This document shows, piece by piece, positions 10,522-21,185 of a DNA stretch of 64,000 nt (position 1 is its first letter; each line of letters opens with the position of its first letter). The notes under the pieces were generated by a model that saw only the letters and a list, made by a program, of their open reading frames with translations, was not told the origin of the DNA and ran no database searches. A program made the translations under genes and the position numbers. Source of the stretch: a bacterium (GTDB taxonomy: Bacteria; Bacteroidota; Bacteroidia; Bacteroidales; WCHB1-69). The stretch covers positions 4,397-68,396 of the forward strand of contig CAVIJD010000008.1 of NCBI GenBank assembly GCA_963643165.1, read 5' to 3'.

Positions 10522-12003
10522 CTATTTCAGCAGCCGGAAGAACTCCATCATCAAGTCCCAGCACATCTGGACGGTCTTGATTTCGAGTTTCTCGTCGGGT
10601 GAATGCACGCCGCGCATCGTGGGTCCAATGGACACCATGTCGAGTTCAGGGTACTTTTCGGCGATGAGTCCGCACTCCAAGCCAGCGTGGATAGCCAGCA
10701 CTTCGGGCTCTTTGTGGAACAGGTTGTGGTAAGCGTCCACCAGCACGCGGAGCACTTCAGAGTCGGGGTTCGGATTCCAGCCGGGATAGCCGTCGCCCGA
10801 CACCACATCGGCGCCCACCATCCAGAAAGCGGTGGACACGCGGTCGGCAATAGCCTGCTTCTTTGTTTCCACTGAGCTGCGCTGGCTGGTAGAGACTACA
10901 ATCTTGTCCCCTTTCTTCTTCACCGATGCCAGGTTCGTCGAAGTCTCCACAAAACCGGGAATGTCTTGCGACATGGCCTGCATGCCGTGAGGGCAAACCA
11001 GCAGGGCATTCAGCACATCAATCTGGAAAGTCTCCTCCAGCACCTTCTCGCACTTGTTGGCGGGGGTCATGGCAACGGCAACACCGCTGTCGGTTTTATG
11101 GAACTCGTTTTTGTAGGTGGCATCCATTTGGGACACATACTCGGCCAAAGCCTCGCGGTTGTGCGCGGGCACAGCCACCACAGCGTAGCCCTCGCGGGCG
11201 ATGGCGTTGTGCAGGTTGCCGGCCTGGATGTCGGCAATGCGGATGTCGTAGTCGCAATAGGCGTTCCACAGCACGCGGGTCAGCAGTTTCACGGCATTGC
11301 CGCGTCCCTTGTTGATGTCATCGCCGGAGTGCCCGCCTATCAGCCCGTTCACGGTGATGCGGCAGAACTCGTAGCCCTCGCCCTGCTCCTTGGCCAGGTC
11401 GTCAATGTCGTCGTATTCGCACGTCAGCGTGGCTATCGTGTCCTTGCCGCCGGCGCAGCCTATGAAGAACTGCCCCTCGTCTTCCGAGTCGAGGTTGACA
11501 AGCATCTTGCCTTTCAGGATGCCCGGCTCCAGCATCTTGGCGCCGGTAAGTCCCGTCTCCTCATCAACGGTAAAGAGGCACTCTAACGGACCGTGTTCCA
11601 GCGTCTTGTCCTCCATGATAGCCAATGCCATAGCAATGCCGATGCCGTCGTCGGCCCCGAGCGTGGTGCCCTTGGCCTTCAGCCATTCGCCGTCAACGTA
11701 AGTCTGGATGGCATCCTTTTCAAAGTCGAAGTTAACATCGTTGTTCTTCTCGCACACCATATCCATGTGGGCTTGCAAGATGACGGGCGTGACATTCTCC
11801 TTGCCGGGGGTTGCGGGCTTAGACATATACACGTTGCCGATCTTGTCGCGTTTCGTCTCAAGCCCCATAGCGAGGCCTGTTTTCTCGAGCCATTCCGACA
11901 TTCTGCCCTCTTTCTTGGACGGGCGTGGGATTTTCGTGATTTCGTTGAAAAACCGGAAAACGCTTTCCGGCTTCAGAGACAACATTTCATCGTTCATATT
12001 CAT
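10522..12003 (-). CDS. pepD: Aminoacyl-histidine dipeptidase (Xaa-His dipeptidase, M20 family)
   Basis: 493-aa ORF with PepD-type landmarks: N-terminal FFNEITKIPRPSKKE, HMDMV, GADDGIG, LDSEDEG and C-terminal IHAGLECG. Confidence 0.9.
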   Translation of the reverse strand: MNMNDEMLSLKPESVFRFFNEITKIPRPSKKEGRMSEWLEKTGLAMGLETKRDKIGNVYMSKPATPGKENVTPVILQAHMDMVCEKNNDVNFDFEKDAIQTYVDGEWLKAKGTTLGADDGIGIAMALAIMEDKTLEHGPLECLFTVDEETGLTGAKMLEPGILKGKMLVNLDSEDEGQFFIGCAGGKDTIATLTCEYDDIDDLAKEQGEGYEFCRITVNGLIGGHSGDDINKGRGNAVKLLTRVLWNAYCDYDIRIADIQAGNLHNAIAREGYAVVAVPAHNREALAEYVSQMDATYKNEFHKTDSGVAVAMTPANKCEKVLEETFQIDVLNALLVCPHGMQAMSQDIPGFVETSTNLASVKKKGDKIVVSTSQRSSVETKKQAIADRVSTAFWMVGADVVSGDGYPGWNPNPDSEVLRVLVDAYHNLFHKEPEVLAIHAGLECGLIAEKYPELDMVSIGPTMRGVHSPDEKLEIKTVQMCWDLMMEFFRLLK

Positions 12004-12086
12004 TTGTGTTTTAAGTTATTGTCAGCGTTAAAAAAAGCGGGGCAAACTTACACAAAAAAATTGATTTCTCACTTCATTATTTTTCG

Positions 12087-12094
12087 TAGGTTTG
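12087..12094 (+). promoter_or_regulatory. Bacteroidetes -7 promoter box (TAGGTTTG)
   Basis: Matches TAnnTTTG and lies 25 nt upstream of the ATG at 12119. This supports 12119 rather than the track start at 12092. Confidence 0.5.
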
Positions 12095-12118
12095 CATCTC
12101 TTAAAAAAAAGGCTGACT

Positions 12119-14038
12119 ATGACTGTTTTAAAACACCCTCTGCTACTGCTCACCCTGCTGTGCCTCCCATGTCTTCGGCTTTTTGCCCAGTCCGCATACG
12201 ACGGCTACGACAAAGTAACCCTCTACGACAGCGTCTTTGTACACGTAGAGGAGAGCGGCATGAGCCTCGTGACGGAGCACTGCCAATACCGGGTCCTGAC
12301 TCTGTCAGGGGCGCGCGACTACAGCACCGTGAAGGCCGACTATGACCCGCTGACGGCTTTTGCCGAGATACGGCAGGCCATCGTGCGCCGCCACAACGGC
12401 ACAGTTGACACCATCGACAATGCCGAGTTCGACTATCCCGCGCCGGCACGGATGATCTACTGGGGCGCACGCCAGAAGATGGTAGCCTTGGGGCGGCTCG
12501 AGCCGGGCGACACGGTAGAGTTCACCACCTTCCGCAAAGGCTTCACCTATGCCCTGCTGCACCACGGCGGCGAGGACGACAAATACGTCCCCCCGATGCG
12601 CGGCCACTTTTACGACATCGTGCCCTTTTACAGCAACCAGCCCGTGATGCGGAAAGTGTACCAGATTGACATCCCCACCGCCAAAAACACACGTTATGCC
12701 GTCTATAACGGGCAGTTGGAATGCCGCCGCGAGGAGAAGGGGGCACGCACCCTGTTCACCTTCACCAAAGAGAACATCATGCCCCTGCAAAAGTCCCGTT
12801 ACACCTTAGCGGACAACGACATACAGACAAAGCTCATCCTCACCACCACCGCCACGTGGCAAGAGAAGTCCAAATGGTTTTACCGTGTAAACGAAGACTA
12901 CGGCAGTTTCACGCCCACCGAGGAGGCGAAAGCGAAGGTAAACGAACTGCTGCGCCGTGCCCGCAGCGAGAACGACAGCATTGCCATCCTCACGCACTGG
13001 GTGGCCGACAACATGCGCTACTCGGGCATCTCCATGGGCGAGGGCGAGGGCTACACGCTGCACCGTTGCGGCATGAACTTCACCGACCGCTGCGGGGTCT
13101 GCAAAGACAAGGCCGGGCTATTGATCGCCATGCTCCGTGCCGCGGGCTTTGAGGCATACGCGGCTATGACAATGGCGGGCGAGCGCATCGAGGATCTCCC
13201 CGCCGACCAGTTCAACCATTGCGTGGCCGTCGTGAAACGGCGCAACGGCAACTACCAGTTGCTTGACCCCACCTGGGTGCCGGGCGTGCGCGAGCTCTGG
13301 TCGAGCGCCGAACAGCAGCAATACTTTCTGATGGGCCTCCCCGACGGCGCCGGGCTCCGCTGCACGCCCGTGTCGAAAGCCGAGAACCACTACCTGAAGA
13401 TGACCGCGCGCACCAAGGTGACCCGTGACGGCAGACTCAAAGGCACCGTCACCGTGACCGCCGAGGGACAGTCGGACCGCACCGTGCGCCGCCTGTTCAG
13501 CGGCAGCCGCGCCGAATGGGAAGCGTCTGTCTGCAACCAATTCTACCGTCTTTACCCTAACGCCACGCTTCACGCCGTGCGCTACAGCGACGAAGACCGT
13601 TACTTGGAGCATCCTGTCAGCATCACCTACCGCTTCACCATCCCCGGCTACGCCACCGTCAGCAACAAAGAGCTCATCGTCACGCCGTTGCTCGCCAAAG
13701 GCTTCATGACCTTCACCATGCGGCATCTCTACTTCGACGAGAGCGAAGAGACGCGGCAGCACCCTTTCCAGGATGCCTGCTCACGCTACGTGCAACTGTC
13801 TGAAACCCTGTCGTTGCCCTACGGGTACACCTCCGCGAGCATTCCCGTTGACCGTTCCTTCCAGGAAACGGCCGCCGCCTTTGACGGCGGGTACGAACTT
13901 GAGAACTCCAAGTTAACCTTCAACGAGAGAATATGGCTCAAGAAGCGCGTATATGAGGCCGCCGACTGGCCGTCATACCGCAAAGCCGTCGCCAACCAGC
14001 GCTTCTTCATGACCACGCCCGTAGTGCTGAGCAAATGA
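12119..14038 (+). CDS. Transglutaminase-like cysteine peptidase-fold protein (DUF3857/DUF3858-type architecture), secreted
   Basis: Signal peptide MTVLKHPLLLLTLLCLPCLRLFAQ. Transglutaminase core triad context: RCGVCKDKAGLLIAMLRAAG (Cys), FNHCVAVV (His), LLDPT (Asp). Confidence 0.75.
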   Translation: MTVLKHPLLLLTLLCLPCLRLFAQSAYDGYDKVTLYDSVFVHVEESGMSLVTEHCQYRVLTLSGARDYSTVKADYDPLTAFAEIRQAIVRRHNGTVDTIDNAEFDYPAPARMIYWGARQKMVALGRLEPGDTVEFTTFRKGFTYALLHHGGEDDKYVPPMRGHFYDIVPFYSNQPVMRKVYQIDIPTAKNTRYAVYNGQLECRREEKGARTLFTFTKENIMPLQKSRYTLADNDIQTKLILTTTATWQEKSKWFYRVNEDYGSFTPTEEAKAKVNELLRRARSENDSIAILTHWVADNMRYSGISMGEGEGYTLHRCGMNFTDRCGVCKDKAGLLIAMLRAAGFEAYAAMTMAGERIEDLPADQFNHCVAVVKRRNGNYQLLDPTWVPGVRELWSSAEQQQYFLMGLPDGAGLRCTPVSKAENHYLKMTARTKVTRDGRLKGTVTVTAEGQSDRTVRRLFSGSRAEWEASVCNQFYRLYPNATLHAVRYSDEDRYLEHPVSITYRFTIPGYATVSNKELIVTPLLAKGFMTFTMRHLYFDESEETRQHPFQDACSRYVQLSETLSLPYGYTSASIPVDRSFQETAAAFDGGYELENSKLTFNERIWLKKRVYEAADWPSYRKAVANQRFFMTTPVVLSK

Positions 14039-14250
14039 GGCGAGAAAAGACTTGGAATAATCACAGAAATGCACAATTATAATGCTTCCCATTTTTAGAC
14101 CTCCCCGTAAAGGAAACCGTTTACGAAAACCTACAAAGAATACCTTAAGTCTCAAGCTCAAAAATTATCCAAACTTTAATTATGTCAGTAATAGTTCCTC
14201 CGATAAAGTCTCAGGGAATAAAGACTAAACTTGTTCCTTGGATAAACAAT

Positions 14251-15921
14251 ATGAAAAAAATCGCGTTGTTCATCCTGCTGCTCGCGCTCTCGGCCCCCGC
14301 TTTTGCCAAAGAGAAACACGATGCCCGCTATCTTAAAGTTTCGCGGTCCTACAGCCTGAATGAAGACGGCAGCCTCGACTTCCGTTTCCGCAAAGAGCTG
14401 CAACTTTTTACCACCGCCTCGTTTGACACCTACGGCGAAACGTTCATCCTCTACAATCCCGAGTTTGAGACGCTCACCGTCAACGAGTCCTACACGCGGC
14501 TTCCCGACGGACGCACTGTGACGACACCCGCCAATGCCCTCAATGCCGTGCTGCCCTCCTCGTGTGCCGACTGTGCCCGTTTCAACGCCGTGCGCGAGAT
14601 GGTGGTCACACACACCGCCCTCGAGACCGGCGCCGTCATCGTGCTCGACTACACTATCCACACACCACACCCCTACTTCCAAGAGTTGGCACAGCGAGTC
14701 CCGATTTGCGAGGAGGTGCCCGTTGACACCCTGCTGCTCGCCGTGACCCTGCCCGACAACCGCACCCTGCACTATGACCTGCACTCGTCAAGGCTGCCGG
14801 CAACGCCTGCCGAAAGCGCCGGCAACGGAACCCGCACCCTCACCTGGACTTTCACCAACACGGCCGCCGCGTCGCACAACCGCTACCTGCCCGACAACTA
14901 CAACCCCTACGTCCTGCTCTCCACCTTTGACCGCCCCGGCGACTTCTTGACACGCCTCTCACTGCAGCAGGCCTTTATGCCCCCGGTGCAGAAACTGCTC
15001 CCGCAACTGCCGGACGAGACCCTCCGCAACGCCACCGACCCCCTCGACACCATAACGGCCCTGCACCATTTTGTGTACCGCTACATCCGCACCAACCACG
15101 TGCCCATGCACTGCATGAACTTCATCATAGCCTCGCCAGCCACCGTATTGAACACCGGCTGCGCCACCCCCTTTGAGAAGAACCTCTTGCTGCACACGCT
15201 GCTGAAAGAGGCCGGCTATGCCTCCGAAATCGGCATCCTGGCACAAACGTTGACCGGCGAGCCCGAGGGACTTCTGCAAGTCAACGCTGGCGGCGCGGCG
15301 CGCTACCTCTCCGCCAACGAGCCCTTTGAGTGCGCCGCCGCACAGGGCCAATGCGAGGGGCGTTTCATAACCCTAAGCGGCCGCGAAGAGGAGATGACCC
15401 GGAAGCCGCACCGCCTGGAACTGCTCGCCGACCTCCACATTGCCGCCGAAAAAGGACACTATAAAGTCGGGGGCGACCTCCGCAAGTCAGAGAGCGCCGG
15501 CATACCCGCCGCCACAGTCGCCGCCGTGCCCAACGGCAACTGTGCTGCCGTGTCGCACCTCAGCGGCAACTACTACGCCCTGACCCTCACCCACCCCGAC
15601 GGCAGCAACGACATGCAAGCGGCACTGCTCCCCCTCAAGGGCGAGACTCCCGTGCAAGTAAATCAGACCGACGAATGTTGCACCTACACCGTCGCCCTGC
15701 CCGCGGGCGAACAGTGGGTAAGTCCGCCGTTCTTGTACGAGAAAAGCTGCGACTTTGGCGCCACACGCATCAAAACGTCAACCGACAACGGAAAACTCAC
15801 CATAACAAGGCAGTTGACCTTGCAGGCGACCGTCCTCGAGAGCAAGAAAGAGTTACGGCAGTTGCGCGAAATGATGGGTGAATGGAACGCAAAACGCGAA
15901 TACATATTCAAACAGCAATGA
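14251..15921 (+). CDS. DUF3857-like / degenerate transglutaminase-like secreted protein (paralog of the upstream gene)
   Basis: Start chosen at MKKIALFILLLALSAPAFA (signal peptide). The layout matches the upstream gene, with a transglutaminase-like segment GCATPFEKNLLLHTLLKEAGY. Its stop overlaps the next start (ATGA at 15918-15921). Confidence 0.6.
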   Translation: MKKIALFILLLALSAPAFAKEKHDARYLKVSRSYSLNEDGSLDFRFRKELQLFTTASFDTYGETFILYNPEFETLTVNESYTRLPDGRTVTTPANALNAVLPSSCADCARFNAVREMVVTHTALETGAVIVLDYTIHTPHPYFQELAQRVPICEEVPVDTLLLAVTLPDNRTLHYDLHSSRLPATPAESAGNGTRTLTWTFTNTAAASHNRYLPDNYNPYVLLSTFDRPGDFLTRLSLQQAFMPPVQKLLPQLPDETLRNATDPLDTITALHHFVYRYIRTNHVPMHCMNFIIASPATVLNTGCATPFEKNLLLHTLLKEAGYASEIGILAQTLTGEPEGLLQVNAGGAARYLSANEPFECAAAQGQCEGRFITLSGREEEMTRKPHRLELLADLHIAAEKGHYKVGGDLRKSESAGIPAATVAAVPNGNCAAVSHLSGNYYALTLTHPDGSNDMQAALLPLKGETPVQVNQTDECCTYTVALPAGEQWVSPPFLYEKSCDFGATRIKTSTDNGKLTITRQLTLQATVLESKKELRQLREMMGEWNAKREYIFKQQ

Positions 15922-17915
15922 GCACACAAAGTTTCACCCCCGAACTGGTGCGCCAAGACGCGCTGCTCAAGCCCTACACGCGGCAGTTACAGCAGCGTCG
16001 TGAGCGCGCCGCCCTCCGCGAGTTGGAACTCACCGACGGCAAACGCACCCTCGCCGACATCGCCAACGGGCATCTCTACTACGGACTGCACCGCACCGCC
16101 CAAGGGTGGGTGTTTCGCGAAAAAGCACCCAACGCCAAGGCACTCTACCTCTACGGCGACTTCTCGCACTGGCAAGTGAAGCCCGAATTTGCCTTGTACC
16201 CTATCGGCAACGGCGACTGGGAGATCACGTTGCCCGACTTCTGCCTCAAGCACACCATGCTCTACAAGCTGTGGATGGTGTGGCAGTCGGGGGCCGACGA
16301 GCGGCTGCCCGCCTACGCCACCCGTGTGGTGCAAGACGAGCAGACCAAAGTGTTCTGCGCCCAAGTGTGGGAACCGGAGCCCTACCGTTGGCAATGGCAA
16401 TGGGATGCGCCTGCCAAGCCGCGTCACCCACTCATCTATGAGGCGCACGTGGGCATGTCGTCAGAAGAGGCCAAAATCTCGTCCTACTGGGAGTTCAAAG
16501 AGACCGTGTTGCCCCGCATCAGCGACCTTGGCTACAACACCTTGCAGCTGATGGCAGTGCAAGAGCATCCCTACTATGGCTCGTTTGGCTATCAAGTGGC
16601 CAACTTCTTCGCCCCCTCGTCGCGGTTCGGCACCCCCGAAGAGCTCAAGGAACTCATCGACACCGCCCACCGTTACGGCATCGCCGTCATCCTCGACCTC
16701 GTACACTCCCACTCCGTCAGCAACGCCAAAGAGGGGCTCGGACTGTTTGACGGACGCGACGACCTCTACTTCCACACCGGCGAGCGCGGCAAGCATCCCG
16801 TGTGGGACTCGCGCTGCTTTGACTACGGCAAACAGGAAACCTTGCTCTTCCTGCTCGCCAACCTCAAATACTGGCTGCAGGAGTTCCGCTTCGACGGTTT
16901 TCGCTTTGACGGCGTCACCAGCCTCTGCTACAAAGACCACGGCATCGGCACCGACTTTCTGGACTACAGCCAATACTTCGACCCCAACGTCGATGAAGAC
17001 GGCCTCGTCTATCTCACCATGGCCAACAGGCTCATCCGGCAGGTAAACCCGCAGGCACTCACCATCGCCGAAGACGTGAGTGGCATGCCCGGCATGGCTT
17101 GGCCGGCAGAGAAAGGAGGCATCGGCTTCGACTTCCGCATGTCGATGGGCATTGCCGACTTCTGGACCAAGACCGTCAAGAGCGTGCCGGACGAGGCGTG
17201 GAACCCCGGCGAGATCTATTTCCGGCTGACCGACAAACGCCACGAAGAAGAGACCATCTCCTACGCCGAGTGCCACGACCAGGCCATGGTAGGCGACCAG
17301 ACGCTCATCTTCAGAATGGCTGGGGCCAAAATCTACGACTGCATGTCGGCAAGCACGCCCGACCTCAGCACCGACCGGGCCATAGCCTTGCATAAGGTCA
17401 TCCGGCTGGCCACCCTCTCCCTGGCTTCGGGCGGCTACCTCAACTTCATGGGCAACGAGTTCGGGCACCCCGAGTGGATTGACTTCCCGCGGGAGGGCAA
17501 CGGCTGGTCGTGCCGCTATGCCCGCCGGCAATGGCACCTTGCCGACGACAAAGGGCTGAAATATGCCGGCCTCTACCGCTTTGACCACGACATGATACAC
17601 TGCGCCACAGAACTGCATCTGCTGGAAGAGCCTCCTGCCAAGTGGCACGAGCACATCAGCAACCAGGTGCTGGCGTTCGTGCGCGGCAGGTGCCTCATCG
17701 TCTTCAACTTCAATCCTGTGCAATCCTTTGCCGGCTATGAACTGCCCTGTTTGGAGGGCACATACCGCATCGCCTTGAACAGCGACGACACCCGCTATGG
17801 CGGCTTCGGCAACGTGGATGACCGCGTGGCATTCCGCTCCTACACGCGCGACGGGGGCAGCCACATACGGCTCTACCTGCCCTGCCGCACTGGACTGCTG
17901 CTGGTCAGAGATTAA
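15918..17915 (+). CDS. glgB: 1,4-alpha-glucan branching enzyme (GH13)
   Basis: GH13 conserved regions are present: VILDLVHSH, GFRFDGVTS, TIAEDVSGMP, YAECHDQ. Length is about 665 aa from MSTQSF. Confidence 0.85.
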   Translation: MSTQSFTPELVRQDALLKPYTRQLQQRRERAALRELELTDGKRTLADIANGHLYYGLHRTAQGWVFREKAPNAKALYLYGDFSHWQVKPEFALYPIGNGDWEITLPDFCLKHTMLYKLWMVWQSGADERLPAYATRVVQDEQTKVFCAQVWEPEPYRWQWQWDAPAKPRHPLIYEAHVGMSSEEAKISSYWEFKETVLPRISDLGYNTLQLMAVQEHPYYGSFGYQVANFFAPSSRFGTPEELKELIDTAHRYGIAVILDLVHSHSVSNAKEGLGLFDGRDDLYFHTGERGKHPVWDSRCFDYGKQETLLFLLANLKYWLQEFRFDGFRFDGVTSLCYKDHGIGTDFLDYSQYFDPNVDEDGLVYLTMANRLIRQVNPQALTIAEDVSGMPGMAWPAEKGGIGFDFRMSMGIADFWTKTVKSVPDEAWNPGEIYFRLTDKRHEEETISYAECHDQAMVGDQTLIFRMAGAKIYDCMSASTPDLSTDRAIALHKVIRLATLSLASGGYLNFMGNEFGHPEWIDFPREGNGWSCRYARRQWHLADDKGLKYAGLYRFDHDMIHCATELHLLEEPPAKWHEHISNQVLAFVRGRCLIVFNFNPVQSFAGYELPCLEGTYRIALNSDDTRYGGFGNVDDRVAFRSYTRDGGSHIRLYLPCRTGLLLVRD

Positions 17916-17934
17916 AATCCGCCCCTGCGCACAA

Positions 17935-18005
17935 GCCTCCGGCTGACGTAAGACTTAATTAGGAATGTGTGAGGCGTGACGCTTTGCATTCTAAATTCTA
18001 CATTC
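17935..18005 (-). repeat. Intergenic repeat, copy 1 (GCCTCCGGCTGACGTAAG module + CATTCTAAATTCTACATTC heptad block)
   Basis: Same two modules, order and spacing as at 27767-27835. Lies between the convergent glgB and ATPase genes. Confidence 0.8.
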
Positions 18006-18028
18006 TTTTTTGCGGGTCGGGTGTCTGA

Positions 18029-20947
18029 TTATCTTTTGCGGCGGAACAGGCGAATGAACTCCCCTATCCACAACACAAACGAGGTCAGCACTATGATTAT
18101 CAACCAGTCCAGCGTCTTCACACCGCCCTCGGCAATGTTAAACATCACCTGAAGACCGGGGATTTCTGTGATGGCAATCTGTCCGAAGAGGATGACCATA
18201 GCTATGACGATGAACAATTTGGTGTTCTTCCACGACATTCCTTTCGAAGCAAAATCATTAGTCATGAAAGCCTTGGCATTGAAGAGGTTCCAGAACTGCA
18301 GCATCACGAAGATGGTGAAGAAGAGGCCGAGTTCGTAGGGTGAGAGACCGTCGAAGGCACCCCACCTGACGTTGCCGCTGAGCACGTCAGCAAGGTTGGT
18401 GACATCGGCGTGCTGGAAGAAGAACAAGATGGTCAGCAGGATAGCGGTAAAGATGCCGCCCACGGCCAGAATATTGGCACCCATTCCTTTGAGAATGTGC
18501 TCGTTGACAGAGCGAGGCTGCTCGTCCATCACCTTCTTGGTAGGCGGCAGCGATGCGAGGGCGAGGGCTGCAAACGTGTCCATAATCAGGTTCACCCAAA
18601 GCATCTGCGTGACAGTAAGCGGCGACTCCGTGCCGACAAACGCACCGATAGCCACAATGAGGCTGGCCACCACGTTCACCGTCATCTGGAACAGGATAAA
18701 ACGCTTGATGTTCTTGTAGAGCGACCGTCCCCACATCACGGCGTTGGCTATGGTTGCGAAAGAGTTGTCGAGGATAGTCATGTCGCTGGCCTCCTTGGCC
18801 ACGGAGGTACCATCGCCCATAGAGAGTCCCACATTGGCGGCGTTGAGGGCGGGGGCGTCGTTTGTGCCGTCGCCGGTAACCGCCACCACCATGTCCATAT
18901 CCTTAAGCATACGAACGATACGTTCTTTGTCGTTGGGGCGGGCGCGGGAGATGATCTTCACCTTTGCGATACGTTCGCGCAGTTCGTCATCGTTCATGGC
19001 GCAGATGTCGGCACCGGTCATGATATTCTCTTCGGTGTCAGTGTCTTGCCAGAGGCCGAGTTGGCGGCCTATTTCCTTGGCCGTGCCCGGGGCATCGCCC
19101 GTGACGATCTTGACCTGGATGCCGGCCTTGGAGCAGTCTTCGATGGCGGCGGGCACATCGGCGCGAACCGGGTCTTCGATGCCCGCCACGCCCATCAGCG
19201 TCAGGTCGTTGATGTTGAGTTTGCCGTCGATGATGATATTGTCATTTTCGCCAACCTCCTTATAGGCAAACGCCAGTGTTCGGTTAGCGTGACTTTGGTA
19301 GTCGGCGAGGATAGTTTCATAGCGTTTTTTCTCCTCGGGGGTGATGGTACACATGCCCAACAGGATGTCGGGGGCGCCTTTAACGTACACCACCCTGCCG
19401 CCTGTGACTTGCGATTTGACCACCGTGGCCATGTATTTGAGTTCCGTAGTAAACTGGATGCGGTCGATGACGGGCACCTCCTCACGCACGTCGAGGTAGT
19501 TGATGCCGTTGCGGTTCAGCCAAAGGAGCAGAGCGCCCTCGGTAGGGTTGCCGATAGCCTTGATTTTGGAAGCGTCGGCAAAGTCGAGGTTAGCGGTCGT
19601 ATTCACGGCTATGCACTCCTTGAGCAGTGCGGAGGGGCGGTCGGTGCCGGAGAGGTCTTGGCCCTGGATGCCGTCAAAGTTGGCGTTCACCACCCTCATC
19701 TGGTTCTGTGTCAGCGTGCCTGTCTTATCGGAGCAGATCACGGAGACGGCGCCCATCGTTTCGCAGGCGTGCATCGTGCGAGGCAGCGTATTCTGCTTCA
19801 TCAGCCGTTTCATGCTGAAAGCGAGGCTGAGAGTCACGGCCATCGGCAGTCCTTCGGGCACAGAGACGACCACGAGGGTCACGGCGATCATGAACGAATT
19901 GAGGACATAGCTCACGAAATTGACCCATCCGTCGGGGGTGCCGAGTTGGATATTGCCATTGAGGGCATACACGAGGATGCGGCCCACGATAATCAGGACA
20001 GCCACGCCGTAGCTCACCTTAGTGATGATTTTGGCGAGTTGGTCGAGTTTCTCGCTCAGGGGGGTGGCCTCGCCGTCTCTGACCTGGGCGGCCACAAACA
20101 CCTGGCCGCAGGCGGTAGCGTCGCCCACCGCGAACACGCGAGCCACGCAGTCGCCCTCCATCACCGTACAGCCTTTCATAATATGGTTAGAGGGGTAAGT
20201 GGCGTCCTTGTCGAACTCGGCCGCTACGGTAGTCTTGGCGCACTGCGGTTCACCGGTAAGTGACGACTCGTTCATATTGAGGTTCATGCACTCCAGCAGT
20301 TCCGCGTCGGCGGGCACCTCCTCGCCGGCCTCGAGCATGATAATGTCGCCCACCACCACATCGCGGCGGGGTATTTGGCACACATTGCTATTGCGGATCA
20401 CCTTGACGAGCGTATCATCGTTCACCTCGTTAAGGCTTTTGAACGTCTTCTCGTTCTGGCTTTCGAGGATATGCGCCACGGCGGTAGCGAGCAGCACGGC
20501 GGCGGCGATACCGATAGGTTCGAGGTAGGGTTTCCAGCCTGCCACGCCCCCGAACACGCCCTCATAGAACGAGATGCCGCCGGAGAGGAGCAGGGCGAAG
20601 AGGAGAATCGTAAAGAGGGGATCCATCGAAAACTTGCGGTTCTCCTTGTCCCACGTGCCACCGAGGTAGGCCACAACGTAGGTGAGGAGTGTAAGGACGA
20701 AAGTGAGAACGGGGGCAATCCAGAGACCCTCATGGGTGGAGATGCCGGTGAGCGGCAGCGCAACAGCGGCGGCGGCCGCCAGCACGAACACGCAGATATA
20801 GACCTTGATGAGCCAGAAATGCAGGCAGTTGCGAATTTTCTCCCACACGGGAACCTCCGCAGGCGGAGTCAGCACATTGGCACCATGTTTGAGGCGACTT
20901 TCCGACACTTCGACGTCAGACAAGCCCGAGTAATGATTTTTAGACAT
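18029..20947 (-). CDS. Calcium-translocating P-type ATPase (PMCA/P2-type)
   Basis: Motifs SLTGEP (actuator), VPEGLP (TM4), CSDKTGTLT (phosphorylation site) and VTGDGTNDAPAL (hinge), with multiple TM segments at both ends. Confidence 0.9.
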   Translation of the reverse strand: MSKNHYSGLSDVEVSESRLKHGANVLTPPAEVPVWEKIRNCLHFWLIKVYICVFVLAAAAAVALPLTGISTHEGLWIAPVLTFVLTLLTYVVAYLGGTWDKENRKFSMDPLFTILLFALLLSGGISFYEGVFGGVAGWKPYLEPIGIAAAVLLATAVAHILESQNEKTFKSLNEVNDDTLVKVIRNSNVCQIPRRDVVVGDIIMLEAGEEVPADAELLECMNLNMNESSLTGEPQCAKTTVAAEFDKDATYPSNHIMKGCTVMEGDCVARVFAVGDATACGQVFVAAQVRDGEATPLSEKLDQLAKIITKVSYGVAVLIIVGRILVYALNGNIQLGTPDGWVNFVSYVLNSFMIAVTLVVVSVPEGLPMAVTLSLAFSMKRLMKQNTLPRTMHACETMGAVSVICSDKTGTLTQNQMRVVNANFDGIQGQDLSGTDRPSALLKECIAVNTTANLDFADASKIKAIGNPTEGALLLWLNRNGINYLDVREEVPVIDRIQFTTELKYMATVVKSQVTGGRVVYVKGAPDILLGMCTITPEEKKRYETILADYQSHANRTLAFAYKEVGENDNIIIDGKLNINDLTLMGVAGIEDPVRADVPAAIEDCSKAGIQVKIVTGDAPGTAKEIGRQLGLWQDTDTEENIMTGADICAMNDDELRERIAKVKIISRARPNDKERIVRMLKDMDMVVAVTGDGTNDAPALNAANVGLSMGDGTSVAKEASDMTILDNSFATIANAVMWGRSLYKNIKRFILFQMTVNVVASLIVAIGAFVGTESPLTVTQMLWVNLIMDTFAALALASLPPTKKVMDEQPRSVNEHILKGMGANILAVGGIFTAILLTILFFFQHADVTNLADVLSGNVRWGAFDGLSPYELGLFFTIFVMLQFWNLFNAKAFMTNDFASKGMSWKNTKLFIVIAMVILFGQIAITEIPGLQVMFNIAEGGVKTLDWLIIIVLTSFVLWIGEFIRLFRRKR

Positions 20948-21044
20948 TTGGAAAACTGTTTTATTTTATAGTTATTAATAATCACGCACATCGTCCGGCC
21001 ACACTTCTCCCCCAAAAGGCGGCAAAGATAAAAATTTTTCCCAC

Positions 21045-21088
21045 CCACGGCTTCTGCACGAATGCAGAATGCGGAATGTAGAATGTAG
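21045..21088 (+). repeat. Heptad repeat element, copy 2 (CCACGGCTTCTGCACGAATGCAGAATGCGGAATGTAGAATGTAG)
   Basis: Close match to 42528-42573. Core is four tandem 7-nt units (GAATGCA GAATGCG GAATGTA GAATGTA). Confidence 0.8.
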
Positions 21089-21143
21089 GGCGTTCCGCGC
21101 AATTCACTCCAAAAGTCGTAAATATGCAGGGGATTGTGCATGG

Positions 21144-21185
21144 GGCAAATTCCCCAATCGTCGATGTTGGCCCTCTTCGAGGACC
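21144..21185 (-). mobile_element. Short ISAs1/H-repeat-like transposase remnant
   Basis: The minus strand reads GPRRGPTSTIGEFA. The 21-nt core TCCTCGAAGAGGGCCAACATC (here as its reverse complement at 21164-21184) is shared with 42626-42646 and 46149-46169, and the 42-kb copy continues into a recognisable ISAs1 N-terminal region. Confidence 0.5.

Noticed and set aside
10421-10564. N-terminal part of the 246-aa track ORF 9824..10564
   Set aside because: It overlaps the pepD 3' end and its terminator hairpin and shows no ATPase motifs. Only the region below about 10420 resembles an ABC-type ATPase.
16461-20263. Long antisense ORFs (16461..17864 minus, 467 aa; 18410..20263 plus, 617 aa) and similar ones at 40788..41783, 53002..53946, 8336..9061, 13118..13762
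   Set aside because: Each lies opposite a gene with strong conserved motifs (GH13 branching enzyme, P-type ATPase, rluD/unknown, lpxB and others) and has the Ala/Gly/Val/His/Arg-rich composition typical of GC-rich shadow frames.
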